A DNA stretch of 53,747 nt, filler included, from Trypethelium eluteriae (lineage: Eukaryota), in assembly GCA_051942245.1 (NCBI GenBank). It is 2 parts of 2 records of this genome, joined end to end, with 100 filler letters (N's around TTAATTAATTAA, not from the genome) between each part and the next. Parts side by side here need not be neighbours in the genome. Positions count along the whole stretch, not along the records: positions 26,948 to 53,747 come from JAVECL010000343.1; 1 more part is not named here. One strand, written 5' to 3'. Shown piece after piece: positions 46,645-53,747 of this stretch (the first letter of the stretch is position 1; each line of letters opens with the position of its first letter). The notes beneath the pieces were generated by a model. That model was not told where the DNA came from. It did not search any database and saw only the letters and a list, made by a program, of their open reading frames with translations. The position numbers and the translations under genes are program-made.

Positions 46645-48047
46645 TGTGAGCTTGGTTGGATCAATTTGTGTACAAAATATCTGTTGCAATGTTGTACGGA
46701 AACGATGTATTGAATAGCTACCGTCCCTTATACGTTGAGATAAGTCGCGCGGCTAAATTATGGAAGCAGAAAGAATTGATAAGGTATTGTCCTTGTGATT
46801 TTTCACGGCGATACTAGGTATGACAAGCTACTTAGAGAAGTTGACATTGCGCAGCTGATGGAGGAGACGGCACTGTGCATCCGAAGAGCTTCCAGAGGGA
46901 GCTTTATCGGACTGTCGAACCTGAACCCAAATCTAGGTCTCTCATTTTCAAAAAAAATTTCTGTGGTATCTGCAGCCCGAAACCTGAGTTGTATGCAGTC
47001 TTATTGGTGTCTCACTAGACACTTTGGTGGAGAATCTGCTGAGCGAAGCTACATCCTCCAATACAAGTTCTACACAGAGCTATAGTCGATACATCCGTCG
47101 GCCCTCATGATGCTGTGTCACCACGTACGATACGGAAAATATTACCTTAGGTACATGGGTGCGCTTGGACACCCATGGCACGATGACAGATCTCCCTAGA
47201 TGCTAGGTACACGTCCACCAGTCCCCACCAGCCACAAGACTCATCAAAGCGGAGACCCCGGTACGCCCGCCAAGCCATGACGGTAAAGTGCCTGATTTAA
47301 CTTCTGGTACCTCCTCCGTACTGCCAAAACATACACGCTCTGCTGTAATGGTGTTCTCTACTACACCCCCATGACCCCCAAGACGCATACGGTGGCCAGC
47401 GTAGAATGTCTTTTGGGCGCCCCAAGATTCTTATTTACAAGGAACGAAAGATTTTTTGGAGCGGCTACGAGATATTCTTGTAGTCCGGTATACGGAGAAG
47501 TACCGTCACAACTTTCGGCTTTGAATGAGCACGGTTCAAAGTACTCCTGAACAGTCGCGCTGGCCATCAGATGCACACCGGTGGTGTATGCACCGGTATT
47601 CCTTATTAGCAAGACTAAATCGTGAGGAAAGACTCACGCATGCCTCAGGCTCGAGGGTCAGTGGTAGTCCCAAGTTTAAAGTATTGGACGGTCGAAGGGG
47701 ACGGCGGGACGCTGAACTTCATATTCATGCCTCGACTTTCCACCTCTCTGCAGTATATTGTGGTTTCCAACGCTAAGCAAGCCCATAGGTAAATGAATAT
47801 CAGCGGCGAGGAACCTCCGACTCTCGATGATGTTTTTTTTCAACTCCAGGTATATCGACTGGCAATATCAGGCCTCCAAGGTCTATCATCAGTATGCGAA
47901 GAGCTCGCCTAGTTATCGCGTCTTTCCGCTGCCACCTATGCAGTCGCTGCAAGACATAAATTGTCGCTGTAACCATCCTACAGCCCTCTCGTAACAGATC
48001 ATTCACAAATCGACTGAGGGCTAAAGCGCCTCCACTGCCTCTCAGTC

Positions 48048-49127
48048 ATGTCACTAGCAGTGTTCTTTTTCACGTTCGGATTATTGTGTCTACAGTAAGC
48101 TCTAGTCATTCATTCCACTTGACCGTTTCAGCTGAAGAGTTGTAAAGAACGACTGGGTTCAATACACCCCGACATTATCTAAAGCCCCACGCTTGGATCG
48201 AATACTCACCCCATTATCGCTCTAGTCGAATTTCCAAGCTCTGGGGGCAATATTCGCCGTATAGCAGTCCGCCTACAGATATTCCTAACTCTATACCTGA
48301 TCAATGCAGCATAACGTGTATTCAGATACTATCCAGACATGGTGAGCGACACCCGATAGCCCATCAAGAACACAGACTCCGCCAAACCCTTAATAAAATT
48401 CATAACTCGGTACCTGGAAAAAGCTTGATAGGCAAATACCAATTCCTAGCAGACTATAGCTACAATCTGGAAGCTAATACGCTTGTACCTTGGGGAAAAC
48501 AAGAGATGGCTAGATCTGGGAGAAATTTCTTCGAACGTTACCGCCCTTTGACTGCTAACTATACGCCTTTTATTCGCTCTACTCACTCGCCTCGCGTAGT
48601 AGAAAGTGCTGATCAGTTCGCTCTTGGCTTTCATCAAGCTCGCCTTGCTTTTCATGGATCCCCAGATCCTAGCTATCCCTATCCCAAGGATGTGATCTCG
48701 GGCGACCACAATACTCTTCATCACGGCCTATGTACAGCATTTGAACAAGGGACCTCGAAATACGATATAAAGGCTCGAGATGCTTACTTCAACGTGTTTA
48801 TTCCCCCTATACAGCAACGTTTGGATACGAATCTAATGGGCGCAAAACTGAGTGAACAAGATGCAGTTCGTATGATAGATTTGTGTCCTTTTAGTACAGT
48901 CGCTTCATCCAATGGAGCTAGTAAGAGTTATTGTAAACGATAGAGTGGTACCTTTACAGAAATGTGGTGCAGACAGCCTTGGAAGATGTACTCTCAGTGC
49001 CTTTATCGAATCTCAAGGCTTTGCAAGGACAGGGGGTAAGTGGGACGAATGCTTCCCAGACAATCCGGCTCGGACGGAGACGTTTCGGAAACGCAAATTG
49101 CAGGGTCAAGAATTTCCCATTTCGTAG
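48048..49127 (+). pseudogene. 3-phytase / histidine acid phosphatase with a large internal deletion and frameshift
   Basis: Signal peptide exon, then LWGQYSPY, LSRHGERHP (48335-48355), RVVESA, NTLHHGLCTAFE and [11 protein letters not shown]. The sequence then jumps in another frame to the C-terminal [45 protein letters not shown]. No HD motif region is present. Confidence 0.85.
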
Positions 49128-49999
49128 AATGGTTGGGCAATCAGAAAACGCGCCGAAGAAGTAATGGCATCCCACTTCGCAAGCATGCCTACCCCAACAT
49201 TCCCTTGGGCGCAAACGCCTGCGCGAAGTAATGGGATTCGGGGAAGCTGGGCCCAAGAAGCGGAAGTGAGAGAGCAAAAAACTATGGTATGGAAGGCAAT
49301 AAGTTATTGGAAGACGACGTGATGAGAGAGGTTGGGAAACGTCTAATGCAGACCCCCGGAGGAAACCACAACGCTTGACACTTGGAGACATTCTTATTTC
49401 GTACCCTGTAGGTAGTCACTACTGAGTAGCGACCTCGGCAAATGGCAGGCTCAAGACCTTCACTGTTCTCCAAATATGAGAATAAAGTCATGGAAGCTGC
49501 AAATGTAGCGCCGTAACGAATTGTGAAGTTATCAGTGGATCGCGTATACTTCCCGCACAGCTCTGATCATTCAAGCAAGACGCAGAGTATAAGCTAGATA
49601 TAATTCTCATGATCGATTCCACCTCCAGTGTCGATCTCCATCATTGCTAGGTATCTTAGCAAAAAAGAGCCCCTTGCAGAGGCGTGCCGGAGCACTTCCT
49701 TTCGTATATGGCTGAAACGATGATAGCTGAATCAGGTAATTACAAGCAGAGACAATAGCAACTTAAGGCCTAGGTGAGGCGGCGAAGGATAAAATCCAGT
49801 CGTGCCAGTCGTGCCGGTGTGAGACAGGAGGCAGTTGGCTGCACTCTTTCGCGCCCCGATTCTGCCGGGCTTGACCGCTGGTCTAGACTGGTCCTCCGAA
49901 GCTCAACTGCATCCGCTCGACAGGGAAGCTCCATCTTTCAGAGCCCCTACAAAGTCACCGCTTGAGGTCCAGCCCAGCCTTCCTCAGCTCATATCGGCT

Positions 50000-50809
50000 A
50001 TGGTCAAACCGCTAGCTTTCAAAGGTGACAAAAAGCCCAAAAAACGCAAGCGCATTGAGAACGATTCCGCCGAAAGCGAAGCGCCCAATCCGAAGGAGCT
50101 ACAGACCACCGCGACAGCCGCCGCGGATCAGCCAGCAGAGGATGACGATTCGTGGGTAACGGCGGATGTTGTTGGCGACATCGCAGGACCTGTCATCATC
50201 GTGCTGCCTACTGAGCCTCCGACGTGCATTGCATGCGATCCGAATGGCAAAGTCTTCGCCAGCGCCATCGAAAATATCATCGAGCGCGATCTGGCAACGT
50301 CTGAGCCGCACGACGTACGGCAGGTGTGGATCGCGAACCGGGTCGCTGGGTCAGAGAGCTTCACCTTCAAAGGACACCATGGAAAATACCTGGGATGCGA
50401 CAAGTTCGGGATCTTGTCTGCCACGCGGGAGGCAGTGAGTAGTGAAGACTCATTCAGCGTTATTCCATGTCCTGAGGGACCGGGTTTCTTTGCGCTTCAG
50501 ACGGCGCGTGATGCATTTCTTACCGTGGACGAAGACAAAGCTAGCCCGGAAATTAGAGGTGACGCTGACGCTATTGGATTTACGACGACATTCAGGATAC
50601 GGATGCAGGCAAGATTCAAGCCTAAGCTGAAAGTGGCAAAGGAGGAGAAGGCCAAGGCGAAGATCAGTAGGAAAGAATTAGAAGAGGCGGTCGGGAGAAA
50701 GCTCGACGATGAGGAGGTTAAGAGGCTAAAGCGCGCCCGCAGAGATGGAAATTACCACGAAGCCATGCTGGATGTCAAGGTGAAAGGAAAGCATGACAAG
50801 TACGCGTGA
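50000..50809 (+). CDS. FRG1: FRG1-like protein (fascin-like domain, spliceosome-associated)
   Basis: MVKPLAFKGDKKPKKRK, EPHDVRQVW, FKGHHGKYLGCDKFG.LSA.REAV, IRMQARFKP, LKRARRDGNYHEAMLDVKVKGKHDKYA*. Confidence 0.93.
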   Translation: MVKPLAFKGDKKPKKRKRIENDSAESEAPNPKELQTTATAAADQPAEDDDSWVTADVVGDIAGPVIIVLPTEPPTCIACDPNGKVFASAIENIIERDLATSEPHDVRQVWIANRVAGSESFTFKGHHGKYLGCDKFGILSATREAVSSEDSFSVIPCPEGPGFFALQTARDAFLTVDEDKASPEIRGDADAIGFTTTFRIRMQARFKPKLKVAKEEKAKAKISRKELEEAVGRKLDDEEVKRLKRARRDGNYHEAMLDVKVKGKHDKYA

Positions 50810-52030
50810 GGCTTGCATTTGATTGCAAAGGAACACTGTTCACGCCGCATACAACATCTACATTTGACTTAGGCTGACGCAGTGCGTGTCCGACGGAGTG
50901 GCCACGAGCACCAGCATGGCGGGTACAGCTTCATGGCACTTTGTTCCCTCTGTGCCTCGTGACATGCAATATTGGGAGCAAGCCACAACGGTCTCAGGTG
51001 CAGGATACGTCTCTTATTTGCGGGGAAGTGCGACGCGCCTCTCTGCGAAGCAATATTAAGTTGCAGCTAGGACCTGCAAAAGATACTCGCTTAGGAGATC
51101 GAGGTTCTCAGGCCTCAAGTTCTCTTAAGACGCCAGATACTACTGAAAGGTTCTTTGCAAATTTCCTGCCCAACTAGCGAAATGCATGGGCGGGTGCAGG
51201 GCTGCCTTCTCCTGGCATGAGCCAGGAACTTCGCGGAATGGCAAGGGCGAATGCTGGAGCGAAATTTCGTTATGCTCCACGTGGTTAATTGCCGAGAGAG
51301 CCATCCAGCAGTTTGGTTCACAGAAATCTATCTGTTGCAAGGACGAGAATGATCCGAGGCTTAAATGACGGGCCTAGAACAGACTGCCCGGAGAGGAATA
51401 GGGTCGGTGCCACATTATCTATAAGCCACCAAAAAAGCAAAGTCAATGATATTGAAACCGAGCGTCCTCCGGATGCTGTTATGGCTCCTGCCTAAAATTG
51501 GGCTCGATTGATGCTAAGCCCCTGTTGCTATATTCCGATGGCATGTCAACAGAGTAAGAGATCGACAATATAGCTGGTATTATCCAGCAAAAGGGTGATA
51601 GTTTTGCAAGTCCCTGCGTGACGTGAGACGGTCGCGCTCATCCTTTTCCTGGTTGGCAGCACAGAAACGTCATCTGGCCTGCCGCTAGAACGGGAGCGAA
51701 GTTTCTAGCGTCACTCCCAATCGACCCAATCCACGGAGCGGATTCCATCCAGGGATTGCTTCGCCATACCTCCAGCTCAGGCTGGACCTGACGTTTATGA
51801 GCTTGGCCTGCCGCCTTGCAGACGCCTGCTCCGACTTCCCCTTCTCTCAAGCAACACACCAACCGTTCAATCGGCGCCTATTCGATATGGACAGATAGCT
51901 GACACAGCTACATCTGTTGCATGGCCGCACCTGCAGCTATGGTCAATACAGCAACTTCTCTCTCATCGTTAGCTCTTCTTGAGACCAAGTTGCCACCTCA
52001 GTCTCTACCGTCACGCTTTTAGTGCCTACC

Positions 52031-52705
52031 ATGTTCGAGAACTTTTCTTTCGAGGCCGCGCCTGGGCAGTCTTCATCTGCTTCGCACGAGCATTCCTATC
52101 CTCCACACGACACATCGACACATGTTTCCCCTCATCCCTCACGATGCGTCTCTCCAACCCGCACTTCCTTCGCGCAACCTCTACAATACTCGATATCGGA
52201 CCTCTCACGCCAATTTGGTGAACATTCAATCCGGCCAAGGACGGTACGCGCAGATTCTGGCTACGAAAGCCAACGTTCAAGCATTGCTCAGGAGGAAAGT
52301 AACGTCGCTTCTCGAGTTTCGAGTCTGCAAGTACCACAGTCTTCATCACGACAACCATCTGTGAAGCGTGCACAGCGTCAGGACAGTATCCGTCTTCAAA
52401 CAGAGACCTCCCACCTGCGGGAGATTTCCTCACTGGTTCAACGAATGGTAGATAGCGGAGACCAATGTTCTCTTTGCAGACCTACTTCGTCCCACAGTGA
52501 GCGCTCTAATACACCGCCGGAAGATGATGATGATGTCGTCTCAATGGGTCTGAACACACATGAATCGGCTGCAAGACGGCACAATCTACCTTACAGAAGG
52601 AGTAACGAGGTCTTAAGAGGAAGGCCCGGTGTGACTAAAGACGTGAGGATGAGGAAGAGTAGGTCTCGACTGAATATGAACGCGAATAATATGAGGAGAT
52701 CATAG
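52031..52705 (+). CDS. Hypothetical Ser-rich protein
   Basis: ATG in ACCATG context and a 224-codon ORF containing RAQRQDSIRLQ...HLREISSLVQRMV..GDQCSLC. Confidence 0.7.
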   Translation: MFENFSFEAAPGQSSSASHEHSYPPHDTSTHVSPHPSRCVSPTRTSFAQPLQYSISDLSRQFGEHSIRPRTVRADSGYESQRSSIAQEESNVASRVSSLQVPQSSSRQPSVKRAQRQDSIRLQTETSHLREISSLVQRMVDSGDQCSLCRPTSSHSERSNTPPEDDDDVVSMGLNTHESAARRHNLPYRRSNEVLRGRPGVTKDVRMRKSRSRLNMNANNMRRS

Positions 52706-53246
52706 GCTCTCTCTTCGGCGTTTTAGCTTTGGATAGCGGCGTCACTGTTAAAAGGCGGTTCTGGTCAGGGTAGCGGATGATACCCTATTTTATTTGCTTG
52801 CGACTGGGATAGAAATAGCGGCGAAATTGGCTTACATTGGCAACGCTCACTAGAGAGCAGAAAGACGATTCTCTGGGAATTATGGACGAACAATGCAGAT
52901 TTGGCAGAAACATTCAGTTTGTAGTCGGTCTGGCGATGCATAGCTATCTTCCTTAACTTAGGCTGGTTAGTATTGCTAGATTTAGAATATTCGAAGATTC
53001 ACTTCCATCATCTCTATTATACGGTGCATCGGGATTTATGCTAGAGCTTTGTGAACCGGCATACTAAGATCTTCCTTGTGATTTTGGCGTGTTAGTCTAA
53101 GGTTGCAGACGCAAACTCACGGTCTGCAAGTCAACATCATGCACGTGACATCAAAATTATTGTCGAGATGAGACTGCTTGAGCTTCACACACCCACTTAC
53201 TTGCTCTGACTATGGCTGCAGCTCTCTAGGCCTGCTGTGGTCTTCG

Positions 53247-53747
53247 ATGGCTTCAGTATTGCGCCAGACGGCAAATGCAGCATCGGAAATAGCTTCGAGG
53301 GCGGTGCATATAAAGATATGGCCACGACCATCGGATCTTCAAGAGAGTCGTGAGATATTGCGTGTGTTGCAGCGCTTCGGAGAAGTCACGATGTTCAAGA
53401 CGAAGAGGGTACTAAATCAAAAGTTCTCTCTTGAAATACTCACCATCATTGACATCTATATGGAGTAGTACGACCACCTCAAGCCAGCACCGCACACCAT
53501 CCTAGCCATGTTCTCACATCCCGACTCGGCCTCTCGTCTAATCCGAGAATCCCCTATCAAATTCACCCTCGAACCCGACGGCGTCTCCGACCACCAATTC
53601 ACTTCCGAACTCGTCCCAGGTCAAGCTCAAAACGAAACCGCAGAACCCATCTCTGACGGACCATCCTCAAGTGACTCCAACCCACCATCCGAATCCCACG
53701 AAGCCGAATTCGACACCTCTGACACCTCTGCATACACGCCCATCAGC
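53247..53747 (+). CDS. Hypothetical fungal protein, 3'-partial, 2 exons visible
   Basis: MASVLRQ...RAVHIKIWPRPSDLQESREILRVLQRFGEVTMFKTKR, intron GTACTA...TAG, then YDHLKPAPHTILAMF...ESPIKFTLE, open to the window end. Confidence 0.75.

Overview
Eukaryotic DNA from a filamentous ascomycete (Pezizomycotina, possibly a Dothideomycete), judged from short GT-AG introns with CTAAC/CTGAC branch sites and the gene families present. It holds about 22 protein-coding loci. Housekeeping genes: HVA22/YOP1-like, ARC15, an Asteroid/PIN nuclease, MGM101, BPL1, the last exon of TOR, MSL5/BBP and FRG1. Metabolic and membrane genes: two MFS transporters, a PTH11-like receptor, a TPP enzyme and glutaminase GtaA. 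Several proteins have unknown function. The most notable items are: (i) a complete 760-bp miniature LTR element (two 154-bp LTRs, PBS, PPT, near-perfect 5-bp TSD) whose only retained coding cargo is an intact integrase tail plus chromodomain; (ii) an artificial 100-bp contig linker that joins an orphan TOR FATC exon to MSL5; (iii) a long MSL5 intron packed with branchpoint-like motifs; (iv) a phytase gene missing its HD-containing third; (v) an 8-Cys small secreted protein; (vi) two large intronless proteins of uncharacterised fungal families. No rRNA, tRNA or CRISPR array could be supported. Family assignments are from motif recognition, not database searches.
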